Shown here piece after piece: positions 1 through 9,487 of a stretch of 64,000 bases of DNA. Source of the DNA: an uncultured Acidobacteriaceae bacterium (lineage in GTDB: Bacteria; Acidobacteriota; Terriglobia; Terriglobales; Acidobacteriaceae). The translations under genes and the position numbers were made by a program. The DNA lies in NCBI GenBank assembly GCA_963805955.1, contig CAWDVZ010000019.1, positions 49,368-113,367 of the forward strand. Reading direction: 5' to 3'. Position 1 is the stretch's first letter. Each line of letters opens with the position of its first letter. The notes beneath the pieces were generated by a model, which saw nothing but the letters and a program-made list of their open reading frames with translations, had not been told where the DNA came from and did not search any database.

Positions 1-501
1 AGCAGCTATTACCAGGTGTATGGCCTGGAGACGGTGAGCCTGCGCTATTTCAACGTCTTTGGCCCGCGTCAGGCAGCCGATTCGCCTTATAGCGGAGTAT
101 TGGCGAAATTCATCCTGCAGATGCTTGAGGGGACGCGGCCAACTATCTTCGGTAACGGCGAGCAGAGCCGGGACTTTACCTATATCGATAATGTGGTGTC
201 CGCGAACCTGCTGGCTTGCGCGGCGCCGGCGCACCACGTAGCTGGCAAAGTATTCAATATCGCCTGTGGCGGTCAACACACGTTGAAAGAGATGTACCGT
301 CTATTGGCCAAACTGATAGGGTATGAGCTTCCGCCCTTGTATGCTCCATTGCGTACAGGCGACATCCTGAAGTCGCAGGCCGACATTTCCGCCGCCGCAG
401 AAGCCTTTGGTTATCGCCCTTTGATCGGGGTGAAAGAAGGTCTTGAGCGGACCGTGGAGTGGTACCGCGAGATGCTCAAGCTGCCGGTTGCCTCAAGCTA
501 A
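1..501 (+). CDS. NAD-dependent epimerase/dehydratase, C-terminal part (UDP-GlcNAc 4-epimerase, WbpP/TviC-like). The 5' end lies outside the window.
   Basis: Frame 1 is open from base 1. The motifs YFNVFGPRQ, SPYSGV and GxGxQSRDFTYIDNVV are typical of extended SDR sugar epimerases. The TAA stop overlaps the next ATG (TAATG at 499-503). Confidence 0.8.
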   Translation, partial: SSYYQVYGLETVSLRYFNVFGPRQAADSPYSGVLAKFILQMLEGTRPTIFGNGEQSRDFTYIDNVVSANLLACAAPAHHVAGKVFNIACGGQHTLKEMYRLLAKLIGYELPPLYAPLRTGDILKSQADISAAAEAFGYRPLIGVKEGLERTVEWYREMLKLPVASS

Positions 502-1850
502 TGAGAAATGGTTTGGTCGATCAGCAAGACTTGTCACTGTGGTTGTCGCTGGTTAAGAAGCGCGAGCTGCGGGTAGGGATTATTGGCCTTGGCTACGTGG
601 GTCTCCCACTGGTTCTGCTGTTCAGCCAGGAGGGATTTCGCGTTACCGGCTTTGATATCGATGCAGCCAAGGTCGACCGCCTCAACGCCGGTGAATCCTA
701 CATTCATCGTATCGATTCGCAACAGATCAAGGCTGCCCAGGAAAAGGGTTTCCGCGCCACCGCCGATTTCTCTGAGGTTGGTGGAGTCGACGCCATTTTG
801 ATTTGCGTGCCCACACCGCTCAGCGATCACCACACTCCGGACATGAGTTACATTGCCGCCACCATGGACTCGATCGTGGACCATCTACGCCCCGGCCAAT
901 TGGTAGTCCTCGAAAGCACCACTTATCCCGGTACGACAGAGGAGTTAGTCGCGCCGGCGATCGAGCGCGCCGGCCGGGTTAGGGTAATTCGCGATGCCAT
1001 CGTCGCCGACGGTGTTTTGGTGGCTTATTCTCCTGAGCGTGAGGACCCTGGCAATACCAGCATTGACCGGCGGGACATTCCCAAAGTGGTCGGGGGTTTG
1101 GGTGGTTTCGCGGCCGAGGCTGCAGGCGCTCTCTACAACGTGGCATTTCACCGCGTGATCCGCGTATCCAGCCCGGCAGCGGCCGAAATGACCAAGCTGC
1201 TGGAAAATATTTATCGCTGCGTGAACATCGCGCTGGTGAACGAACTGAAACTGCTTTGCCTCCGCATGGGCATAGACATTTGGGAAGTGATCGCAGCGGC
1301 TGCGACCAAACCCTTCGGCTTCCAACCCTTTTATCCAGGTCCCGGGCTCGGCGGCCATTGCATCCCTATTGATCCCTTTTATCTCAGCTGGAAGGCGAAG
1401 GAATTCGACTTCAGCACGCGATTTATTGAGCTCGCGGGTGAAGTGAATGAAGCCATGCCCTATCACGTGGTGATGGCGGTTTCCTCTGCATTGAATCAGC
1501 GCAGCAAGCCGCTCAAAGGATCGAGAATCTTGGTGCTGGGTCTGGCGTACAAGCGAGACGTGGATGATCTGCGCGAATCTCCGTCGCTTTCGATCATAGA
1601 AATGCTGCAGCAAGAGGACGCAGTGGTGAGCTACAACGACCCCTTCTTTCCCACGGTAGGACGGGGAAGAAAATACAATCTGAACATGCAGTCGCAGCCG
1701 TTAACAAACCTTAACGGTTACGATTGTGTATTGATCGTCACCGATCATACTTCCTACGACTACGCCCGTATCGTGGAAGAGTCGCAGCTAGTGGTTGATT
1801 CCAGAAACGCCACCCGCGGCCTCGCCTCCGAAAAAATCGTGCGCTGCTAG
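501..1850 (+). CDS. Nucleotide-sugar 6-dehydrogenase (UDP-N-acetyl-hexosamine dehydrogenase, WbpO/TviB-like)
   Basis: N-terminal Rossmann motif GIIGLGYVGLPL and catalytic GGHCIPIDP. The ATG at 501 is translationally coupled to the upstream epimerase. Confidence 0.85.
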   Translation: MRNGLVDQQDLSLWLSLVKKRELRVGIIGLGYVGLPLVLLFSQEGFRVTGFDIDAAKVDRLNAGESYIHRIDSQQIKAAQEKGFRATADFSEVGGVDAILICVPTPLSDHHTPDMSYIAATMDSIVDHLRPGQLVVLESTTYPGTTEELVAPAIERAGRVRVIRDAIVADGVLVAYSPEREDPGNTSIDRRDIPKVVGGLGGFAAEAAGALYNVAFHRVIRVSSPAAAEMTKLLENIYRCVNIALVNELKLLCLRMGIDIWEVIAAAATKPFGFQPFYPGPGLGGHCIPIDPFYLSWKAKEFDFSTRFIELAGEVNEAMPYHVVMAVSSALNQRSKPLKGSRILVLGLAYKRDVDDLRESPSLSIIEMLQQEDAVVSYNDPFFPTVGRGRKYNLNMQSQPLTNLNGYDCVLIVTDHTSYDYARIVEESQLVVDSRNATRGLASEKIVRC

Positions 1851-1851
1851 T

Positions 1852-2979
1852 TTATTTCTGCCCAAAGAAGAAGGACCCATCCCCCGTGGAAGGCGTTCCA
1901 GGAACCCCGTTGTAGCAGTACCCATTCTTCTGGTAAATCGCGTTCTTCGAAATCCAGGTGCGCGTTGTACTCACCATGTTGATGAAGCAATTCTTGGGCC
2001 CGATAGAGCCGACCAATTCGCTATTGCCTTCAATCAACGCGCTATCGGCGTCCTGTATTTCGATGTTGTACGGGGTCTGGGTCAACGTGGTGAAGTAGTT
2101 GTCGCGCACCACCGGCCCATAGGCGCGGTAGCCGCTACCTCCGTTCGGCATACCCAACACCACTTCGCGAGGTGACCCTTCGAAATAATTAGCATCGATA
2201 ACGGTTCCGCGAGACCGGGTCAGATAAATAGCGCCGCCGCCGTTTTCTTCGAAATCGTTGCCCATATAAAGATTGTTGAGTGTTTCCGTAAGACCGTGCC
2301 CCACCAGAACCGTATCTTCAAAAATACCCCATTGGGCATTCGTGGTGATCTGGTTGTAGGTGACATGAATGGCATTCGCGGCATAGGGCGAACCATTTTC
2401 TGATGCTCCACAATGGGTCGGATGGCCGCGACTGCACACCGTCGGAATCAGGCGGATTCCATTCTTGTTATCGGAGATCAAATTGTCGTAAATGTTCGAG
2501 CTGTTCGTACCCTCGACGAGGATTCCGTCCCCGCCGGAAAATCCCGAAATCACCATATTGCGCACGCTGATCCGGTTGGTGGGCAGCAGGTGAATGCCGG
2601 AGGTGGCATGTGGATTTCCCCTAAGCTGAAATCCTTCGATCAGCAGCTGCGAAGATCCTGCCTGGTTCCCGATAGAGGTAGTAATGGCGTCGCCGCTTCC
2701 GGAATAGGTGAGAACCGCCCCCGGATCGCCGCTCAGCTTATAGGTGCCAAACGCATTCAGTTCCAGGTGTATCCCGACGGAAAACGAATAATTCCCAGGC
2801 GGGATATAGACGGTGCACTGCAGATTACAAGCCTTCAGGGCATGGTTGATGCGGTCTCCGATGTCGCTCCCGGCGGCGCTCGTAGCCGCCACTGGGGCCT
2901 GCGGCGACTGCGCCTGCAGGGGATACAGACACGCTGCGAGAAGAAACGCGATCAACTTAATGCCGGCACTCGCTCTCAC
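1852..2979 (-). CDS. Secreted right-handed parallel beta-helix repeat protein (possible polysaccharide lyase, hydrolase or epimerase)
   Basis: Signal peptide MRASAGIKLIAFLLAACLYPLQAQS. Repeated PbH1-like turns (VRNMVISGF, NIYDNLISDNKNGIRL). Sits inside the EPS locus. Confidence 0.65.
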   Translation of the reverse strand: MRASAGIKLIAFLLAACLYPLQAQSPQAPVAATSAAGSDIGDRINHALKACNLQCTVYIPPGNYSFSVGIHLELNAFGTYKLSGDPGAVLTYSGSGDAITTSIGNQAGSSQLLIEGFQLRGNPHATSGIHLLPTNRISVRNMVISGFSGGDGILVEGTNSSNIYDNLISDNKNGIRLIPTVCSRGHPTHCGASENGSPYAANAIHVTYNQITTNAQWGIFEDTVLVGHGLTETLNNLYMGNDFEENGGGAIYLTRSRGTVIDANYFEGSPREVVLGMPNGGSGYRAYGPVVRDNYFTTLTQTPYNIEIQDADSALIEGNSELVGSIGPKNCFINMVSTTRTWISKNAIYQKNGYCYNGVPGTPSTGDGSFFFGQK

Positions 2980-3059
2980 AGAAACCTCCTGAGCCGTTGC
3001 TGGTTCACCATAGCATTTTGTGATTTAAGCCATATTCATGCGATCAGGCCGCATCGAAA

Positions 3060-3234
3060 GCTTTGTATCAGGGCCCGACTTTAGTCGGGCCGCAAAGAAT
3101 TGAAGAGATTGGGCTTTAGCCCCTGCCACGACCCATCCTGCAAAGTTGCTTGCGGAGACAACCCACGCAGGGGCTAAAGCCCAGATCTTTGTTGAGCCCT
3201 TGGTGCCGACTAAAGTCGGGCCCTGATACAAAGC
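3060..3234. repeat. Composite palindromic repeat, family A. Two inverted arms of about 67 bp, each containing the hairpins GGCCCGAC-TTTA-GTCGGGCC and GGGCT..AGCCC.
   Basis: Arm 3060-3126 is the near reverse complement of arm 3167-3234. The same arm recurs at 51034-51102, and a degenerate copy lies at about 56630-56690. Confidence 0.85.
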
Positions 3235-3509
3235 ACGGAGAGCGGGGTGAAGGAAAGGCGGTTTGGCTGTTCCCACACAGCCACATCAAGTCCTGGGTAA
3301 ACGCCGGATCGCGCACAAATGCCGCCGGCCAAGCATCGCTCCGCCAGGTTCCCAGGGAAAAAATTTGCACTTCGGTCGGGAGGCCCTAAACTAAAGGAAG
3401 AATTGGACAAGTTCGTCCCCGGACGGACAGGGCTGCGCCGATGGTAAAGGAGTAAAGCTTGGCAGGAGACACCGGCTGCACGCCGAACCGTCTTCTGCTT
3501 TTACAACAT

Positions 3510-6292
3510 ATGGGTAAGCGTTCAGGTCTTTTCTTCGCGATCTTGCTGGTCGCGAGCGTTGTGCAGGTCGAACTGCCCGTTGCTATAGCTCAGTCCGCTG
3601 GTTCCGATACCTTCGACTGCCCATCCGGCGTCATTTCTTCTGTCGATGGAAGTTGCGTAAGTGAGGAGGAGGCTCCCAGCCAGGGCCTGGGCCAGCTGGG
3701 CACCGGTCAAGGCAATCAGTCCAACGGGGGGCTATGGGACTGCGGTGCTTCAGGCGGTCAACTCGGCGGACAATATCCGGGGCTGCAATCCTCGGGAATG
3801 AACAGCAGGGTGCAGAGCATTCTCGACCAGGGTGGACTGGGCAACCAGCAATCCCAATTGGCCGCTCTGGAGGAATCTAGGCTCTTGGCCATCCGAGCCC
3901 CTTCCGCGCCTACCGACTTCCAGCTCATGGTGCGTAGCTCCCTGGGCACACTGCTTCCGGTTTATGGTGACAGCCTGTTTCGCCAGGTGCCTTCCACCTT
4001 TGCTCCTCTGCGGGAGGTGAATGTCACTCCCGATTACGTCCTCGGACCAGGGGATCAGCTGGTAGTCCGCATTTGGGGGCAGGTCAATTTCAACGCCCAA
4101 CTCACCGTGGACCGTTCCGGCTCCGTGTACCTTCCCCAGGTAGGCGAGATCCACGTTGCCGGGTTGCCCTATGCCCAGGTCAAGGCAACATATTCACGAT
4201 GCTGTCGGTCACATCTACAAGAGCTTCGATCTCGATGTTGAAATGGGGCAGCTGCGGTCGATCCAGGTATTCGTCGTAGGTCAGGCTCGCCGGCCCGGGA
4301 ACCTATACCCTGAGTTCGCTCAGCACGCTGGTTACCGCGTTGTTTGCTACCGGCGGCCCCTCCGTCCAGGGCTCTCTGCGCGACATTCAGCTGCGGCGCA
4401 ATGGGCAGACCATCTCCCATTTCGATCTGTACGATCTCCTGATATTTGGCGATATGTCCAAGGACTCCCAGCTGCTCCCCGGCGACGTGATCTACATCCC
4501 TCCCGTCGGAGCACAGGTGGCCATCGCCGGCGACGTCCACATTCCCGCCATCTACGAGCTAAAGGGCGCCACCACGGTGGACCAGGGTCTCCGCTTCGCC
4601 GGTGGACTCTCCTCCACTGCCTCGTTGCTGCGCGCATCGCTGGAGCGGCTCGATGTGGAGAAGAACCGCACCGTCGTCGATATCTCACTTCAGGGAGCGG
4701 GGCTGGCGACACCGCTCCAGCAGGCCGACATCCTGCGCGTGCTCCCCATCTCGCCGCAGTTTCAAAACACCGTGACCTTGCGCGGCAATGTTGCGGAAAC
4801 AGGGCGATTTTCCTGGCATCCGGGAATGAAGTTAAGTGACATCATTCCCGACAGCCAATCTCTCATTACCCGCGATTACTGGGAGCGCCGGAACCAACTG
4901 GGCGTTCCGGGCCCGGAGTTCAAGCCGGAATATGCCAGCAACCCCGACTATTACCCGCGCGATCTCAATGGCTATCAGACGGGCTCTGCGCAATACGATG
5001 TGAACGGGGTTCCAATCTATAACGGCCAGAGTCCCTCCAATGACAGCCAAGGCCAGCAACAACCAAATGGACACGGAACAATAGCCAGAATTCTACCCAG
5101 AACAATAACTCCACCCAGAACCAAAGCGCTGGCCAAGCCATACGATCCGAACTGTGACCCCGGCCTTGTTAACAATCCCGATCAGAATCAGGGTGGCCAG
5201 TACTCCAGGATCGACCAGTTCCCCGCAAGCCAACGGCGCCCAGAGCGGCCAACCCTGCAATAGCCCGGGCAGCAGGTCCTTGGCCGATGAGGAGCGAACC
5301 TCCTCGGGAAATCTGCCTCGGCCTGCTCTGACCGTCGCTCTTCCGGTGCCCGAAATCGACTGGTCCTACGCCGTCATCGAGCGGATGAACCCGAAAACAC
5401 TGACCACTTCGCTGGTGCCCTTCAATCCCGGGCAACTAGTCCTCGACCACGACCATGCGCAGAATCTGGCCTTGGAGCCGGGTGACGTGGTCACCATTTT
5501 CTCCCAGGCGGATATCAGAGTCCCGCAGGCCCAGCGCACCAAGTTCGTGCGCCTGGAAGGCGAGTTCAAGCAAGCGGGCATCTATAGCGTTCTCCCAGGT
5601 GAGACTTTGCCCCAACTGGTGGCCCGTGCCGGAGGGTTCACTCCCGCGGCTTACCTGTTCGGATCGAACTTTACCCGCGAGTCGACCCGCATCCTGCAGC
5701 AATTACGCTTGAATGACTACCTGCAGAACCTGGAGCTGGAGATTGACCGATCCACCATCGCCGCTTCCGCCAGCATCGGCAACGTGGACCCATCGGCGAC
5801 CGCCGCCTCCAGGAGCTTAGTCGCCAGATTCCGGACTATCCGCGCCACCGGTCGCGTGGTGCTGGATATTCCTCAAAATGCAAGCGGAATCGCCAACCTG
5901 CCCAACATACAGCTGGAAGATGGCGACCGCTTCGTGGTTCCCTCCCAGCCCAGCACGGTGAACGTCGTCGGCGCAGTATACGACCAGAATTCTTTCCTCT
6001 TCCGCAGCACCCAGGCGGTGGGAAGTTACCTGCGGTTGGCTGGCGGACCGACCAAGAGCGCCGATGGCAAGGACTCCTTCATCATCCGCGCCGATGGTTC
6101 GGTGGTGAGCCGGAAATCGCGCAAGTGGCGTCTTCGGAAATACCTTCGCCAGCATGCATCTGAACGCGGGCGATACTGTGGTTATTCCCGAAAAAGTGCC
6201 CCAGGCCTTCGGGTTTAAGGAATTTTATCAACTATACGCAGATTTTCTCCCAACTAGCCCTGGGTGCGGCAGCGATCGCCGTGCTGCAGTAA
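3510..6292 (+). CDS. Wza-like outer-membrane polysaccharide export protein (Poly_export plus several SLBB-type domains). Carries at least 5 frameshifts as sequenced.
   Basis: Signal peptide after the ATG at 3510. Poly_export motif PDYVLGPGDQLVVRIWG...VDRSGSVYLPQVGEIHVAGL, followed by repeated SLBB-like GDVIYIP/GDVVTIF/GDRFVVP/GDTVVIPEK modules. The reading frame steps 0>1>2>0>1>2 at about 4180, about 4300, 5200-5260, about 6128 and 6223-6226. The natural C-terminus QLALGAAAIAVLQ* ends at 6292. Confidence 0.8.
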
Positions 6293-6313
6293 CATGGAGG
6301 GATCGGGTAGCCT

Positions 6314-7450
6314 ATGGCCATAATGCCGCCCACCAGAGAATACAGTCCGCCGCTCGAGGCCTCGCAGACCGGGATCGAGTTTGACCTGCTGGATCTGTTG
6401 CTGGTGATGGCGGAACGCAAGTCCACCATCATCCTGGCCACCGTCATCGGATTCTTCTTGTTCATGGTGCTGGTGCTTCTGATGCATCCCACCTTCACCG
6501 CAAAAGCGGTGATCCTGCCCCCGCAGCAAGGGCAGTCGAGCACCGCCCTGGTGAGCCAGCTGGGCAGTCTGGCTGCTCTGACCGGGCTGGGCAGTTCCGG
6601 CGCAGTGAAGGATCCTAACGACTTATACCTGGCAGTTCTGCAGAGCAACACGGTAGAAGATGGGCTGATCAAGCGCCTCAACCTGATGGAGGCCTACCAC
6701 GCCAAAAAGCTGAGCGAAGCGCGTACCAAGCTAGCCGCCACCTCCAAGTTCGTCAGCGAAAAGGGCGGCATGATCAGCATCACGGTCAAGGATGGCGATC
6801 CACATCGAGCCGCCCAAATTGCCAATGCTTACGTCGACGAGCTGCATAACATTAACAGCCGTCTCATCATCGGCGAAGCTTCTGTGAGAAGGAATTTCTT
6901 CTCCCAGCAGCTGGCGTTGGAGAAGGACCGATTGACCGACGCGGAAATTGCCCTTCAGCAGACCGAAGAATCCACCGGTGCAATCTCGCCCATGGGCCAG
7001 ACGGGGGTGGTGATTTCACAAGTGGCGGCACTGCAGTCGCAGATCATCTCTCGTGAAGTGCAGCTTGACGCCCTGCGTACCTCATCCACCGATCAAAATC
7101 CCGATGTGATTCGCTTGAACACCGAGATTGAAGGGCTGCGGCACCAGCTGCGCCAGTTGGAGAGCCTGCAAAAGGGCCGTAAGCCGGGAGATATCTCTCT
7201 CTCCAGCAGGGCGCTCCCGAAGGATCAGGTCGACTTCCTGCGCAAGCAAAGAGACGTGCAGTACCACACGCTTATCTTCGATCTGATCGCCCGTCAGTTT
7301 GAGGCGGCACGATTGGATGAGGCGAAGGCATCTCCGGTAATCCAGGTGCTGGACCCGGCCGAGCCTCCGGATAGAAAATCGGGACCGTTCCGGGCGTTGT
7401 GGACCTTAGCCGGCGGTGTTCTCGGTTTTTTTACGGGTGTTCACGAGTGA
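6314..7450 (+). CDS. Wzz/GumC-like polysaccharide chain-length determinant (PCP) protein with no kinase domain. Probably extends to about 7545 if the T7 run at 7426-7432 is miscounted.
   Basis: N-terminal TM segment, long coiled-coil periplasmic region and the C-terminal PxxP..K motif PAEPPDRKSGP followed by a TM start. Adding one T gives a plausible tail GFFYGCSRVIGSYVYSRVAADPVNAEKLGQFRRAL..*. Confidence 0.7.
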   Translation: MAIMPPTREYSPPLEASQTGIEFDLLDLLLVMAERKSTIILATVIGFFLFMVLVLLMHPTFTAKAVILPPQQGQSSTALVSQLGSLAALTGLGSSGAVKDPNDLYLAVLQSNTVEDGLIKRLNLMEAYHAKKLSEARTKLAATSKFVSEKGGMISITVKDGDPHRAAQIANAYVDELHNINSRLIIGEASVRRNFFSQQLALEKDRLTDAEIALQQTEESTGAISPMGQTGVVISQVAALQSQIISREVQLDALRTSSTDQNPDVIRLNTEIEGLRHQLRQLESLQKGRKPGDISLSSRALPKDQVDFLRKQRDVQYHTLIFDLIARQFEAARLDEAKASPVIQVLDPAEPPDRKSGPFRALWTLAGGVLGFFTGVHE

Positions 7451-7575
7451 TCGGATCTTACGTCTACAGTCGCGTGGCAGCCGATCCCGTAAACGCGGAG
7501 AAGCTGGGCCAATTTCGCCGCGCGCTCAGCTTTCGCTCCCGTTAGCAGTTCAGCCACCGCACTCTATGGAAGCGT

Positions 7576-7630
7576 CGCCCTCCCTTTTATCATCCCGAGC
7601 GAAGCCGAGGGACCTGCGGTTCTGCGGACG
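7576..7630 (+). repeat. Family B repeat (short variant, core TCATCCCGAGCGAAGCCGAGGGACCTGCGGTT)
   Basis: Shares its core with copies at 30784-30925, 33893-33958, 35598-35673, 35713-35763 and 63211-63300. Confidence 0.75.
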
Positions 7631-7656
7631 TTTCTTGGGAATGTTTTTGGACCGGC

Positions 7657-8604
7657 CTATCCCACCACCTGCCCCTCCTCGATCGCCGGGATATCACGCT
7701 TTAACGACTGTTTTCGCCAGCTTTGAATTCTTTTCGCCCGGCTGTCCAACAGCCGGCGCCAAAAGAATTCGAATGTCATCCGGGAAAAAACACTGTTGCG
7801 ATAGCGGCGCTGCCGTATGGTCCGCCACAGGAGCCGGACGAGGTGAGCGGCTCTTTCCGGAGCAGACGAATAGAGATCCACATAAGCGCTCTCTGCGGCA
7901 AGGAAATTCCGGTACCGCTCCGGCGCCATGTCGTTATCGAAGTCCATGCTGGTAATGGAGTGCTGCAGGGTAAGGTCACCGGCGATGTACAGGTATCTGC
8001 CTTTGCGATACATGGCCTGGAAAACATAAACATCGGACAGATCGAGCCAGAACTCATCACTATACCCGCCGATTTCCCGTAGAGCGGCGACTCGCATCAA
8101 GGTAGCGCTGTTGACCGCGAACGCTTTTCGACGGTAGATTCCGCTGACCGTGGCCGGTATCCGGCCTACCTGGTTAAAACGCCCATGTGTCCTGGGCGAG
8201 ATGAGAGACCCGTGTGAGTAGATAAAGGGAACGACGGATCCTATTTCAGTTTGTCCCTGGAGCGAATGGCTGTACTCCAACATGCGGGGAAGAAATTCGG
8301 CGGAGACCGTCGTGTCCTGGTCCAACAGCAGCAGCCAGGGAGATCCTTTCGCTTCTGCGAACTCCATCGCGTAGTTGTAAGCGCCCGAGGTCCCGACGTT
8401 CCTCCCCGCGTGGCGATACTTGCAGGGAAACGAAAGGCTAACCTGCTCCAGCGCCTTAGGGCTGTTGTCGAACAGGATCACCTGGATGGAATCAAGCAGC
8501 TCGGGATTGTTTGCAAAAACTTCCCCCAGGCTTTGGATCGTTTGACTCTGCTCCGGCAACCGCTTATAAAGTACAACCACGGCTACAATACCGACTTTAT
8601 TCAT
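7657..8604 (-). CDS. Family 2 glycosyltransferase (rhamnosyltransferase-like)
   Basis: VAVVVLYKR...ILFDNSP...GTSGAYNYA...WLLLLDQDTT motifs. Paralogous to the ORF at 22661-23570. Confidence 0.8.
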   Translation of the reverse strand: MNKVGIVAVVVLYKRLPEQSQTIQSLGEVFANNPELLDSIQVILFDNSPKALEQVSLSFPCKYRHAGRNVGTSGAYNYAMEFAEAKGSPWLLLLDQDTTVSAEFLPRMLEYSHSLQGQTEIGSVVPFIYSHGSLISPRTHGRFNQVGRIPATVSGIYRRKAFAVNSATLMRVAALREIGGYSDEFWLDLSDVYVFQAMYRKGRYLYIAGDLTLQHSITSMDFDNDMAPERYRNFLAAESAYVDLYSSAPERAAHLVRLLWRTIRQRRYRNSVFSRMTFEFFWRRLLDSRAKRIQSWRKQSLKRDIPAIEEGQVVG

Positions 8605-8695
8605 GTTTCTTCAAATGCGCCGTCTGAGCAGATTATACTCATCTGCTGCTCTGTTCTCCCCAGCGGGAACCAGCCGTCGAGTAAACTGTTCCTGT

Positions 8696-9487
8696 ATGAA
8701 TCGCGCCCTCAAAATGCTCCGGCCGCAATTGAAGCGGGTCGCTGAGAGCCTCTTCCCTGAGACCATGTACACCCGGCGCTTCCAATCATGGGTGAAGGTA
8801 GAGCCGGAATTACCCCTGCTACCCGCCCTCTGCCGCAAAGACGCCGTAGCCCTCGACATTGGAGCCAACGAAGGTTTTTTCGCGCACCATCTCTTGCCTC
8901 TGGCCAGCAGTGTTGTCGCCTTCGAGCCATTGCCGCAGATGTTGTCACGTCTGCGGAAAAATTATGCGAGCAAGATGGAAATCCACGGTGTGATCCTTTC
9001 TGACAGCGAAGGTCAGGCCGAGCTAAGGTACCCCGCAGGCGGCTACATGTCGGCTTCCATTGCCGCGACCAATTCTGCTGCGCTGGAGAGCGGCCGGGTC
9101 ATCGAAACCGTGGTCGCCCCCATGAAAACTCTAGACAGCTTCAACTTGACCAACGTTGGCTTTGTGAAGATCGATGTGGAAGGTCATGAGGAGGCGGTTC
9201 TGCACGGCGGGATGAATACCTTAAGGCGCGAGAAACCAAATCTGATGATCGAAATTGAGGAGCGCCATGCGCCCGGCTCGCTCGCGCGTGTATCGAATCT
9301 CTTGCACGACCTCGGCTATTCCGGATTCTATCTCGACGGAAAGCAGCTCCTGCCGGTTGCCCAATTTGATCCCCAACGCGACCAGGGTTGGCAAAACGGC
9401 AAGGTCGGGAAATATATCAATAACTTCCTATTCTTTCCGGATGAGCGGGCGGCAGAAATCCTGGAGAGCGCGCGCCAGCTTTTGTGA
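8696..9487 (+). CDS. FkbM-family methyltransferase
   Basis: DIGANEGFF SAM-binding motif and VKIDVEGHEEAVL motif. The ATG at 8696 is preferred over the upstream alternative start. Confidence 0.75.
   Translation: MNRALKMLRPQLKRVAESLFPETMYTRRFQSWVKVEPELPLLPALCRKDAVALDIGANEGFFAHHLLPLASSVVAFEPLPQMLSRLRKNYASKMEIHGVILSDSEGQAELRYPAGGYMSASIAATNSAALESGRVIETVVAPMKTLDSFNLTNVGFVKIDVEGHEEAVLHGGMNTLRREKPNLMIEIEERHAPGSLARVSNLLHDLGYSGFYLDGKQLLPVAQFDPQRDQGWQNGKVGKYINNFLFFPDERAAEILESARQLL

Noticed and set aside
3345-3375. GGGAAAAAATTTGCA upstream of the Wza-like gene, considered as a sigma-54 (-24 GG / -12 GC) promoter.
   Set aside because: The GG-to-GC spacing is one base short of the consensus and the flanking consensus bases (TGGCAC) are missing. 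It could only fit if the A-run length is wrong.
3025-3410. Several 60-85-aa ORFs inside repeat elements, giving peptides such as ..LYQGPTLVG.., ..SSRAKPRDLRF.. and ..GAPHVR... Others lie at 7416-7955, 19711-20002 and 63203-63634.
   Set aside because: They are encoded by dispersed palindromic repeats on both strands. Their apparent conservation reflects DNA repeat identity, not protein coding.
9417-9487. A roughly 70-nt overlap of the convergent FkbM methyltransferase and Wzy-like genes, as possible antisense regulation.
   Set aside because: The C-terminal roughly 25 codons of the membrane protein are non-hydrophobic and unconserved-looking. The overlap may simply reflect a miscalled stop caused by an indel. 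There is no independent evidence for regulation.
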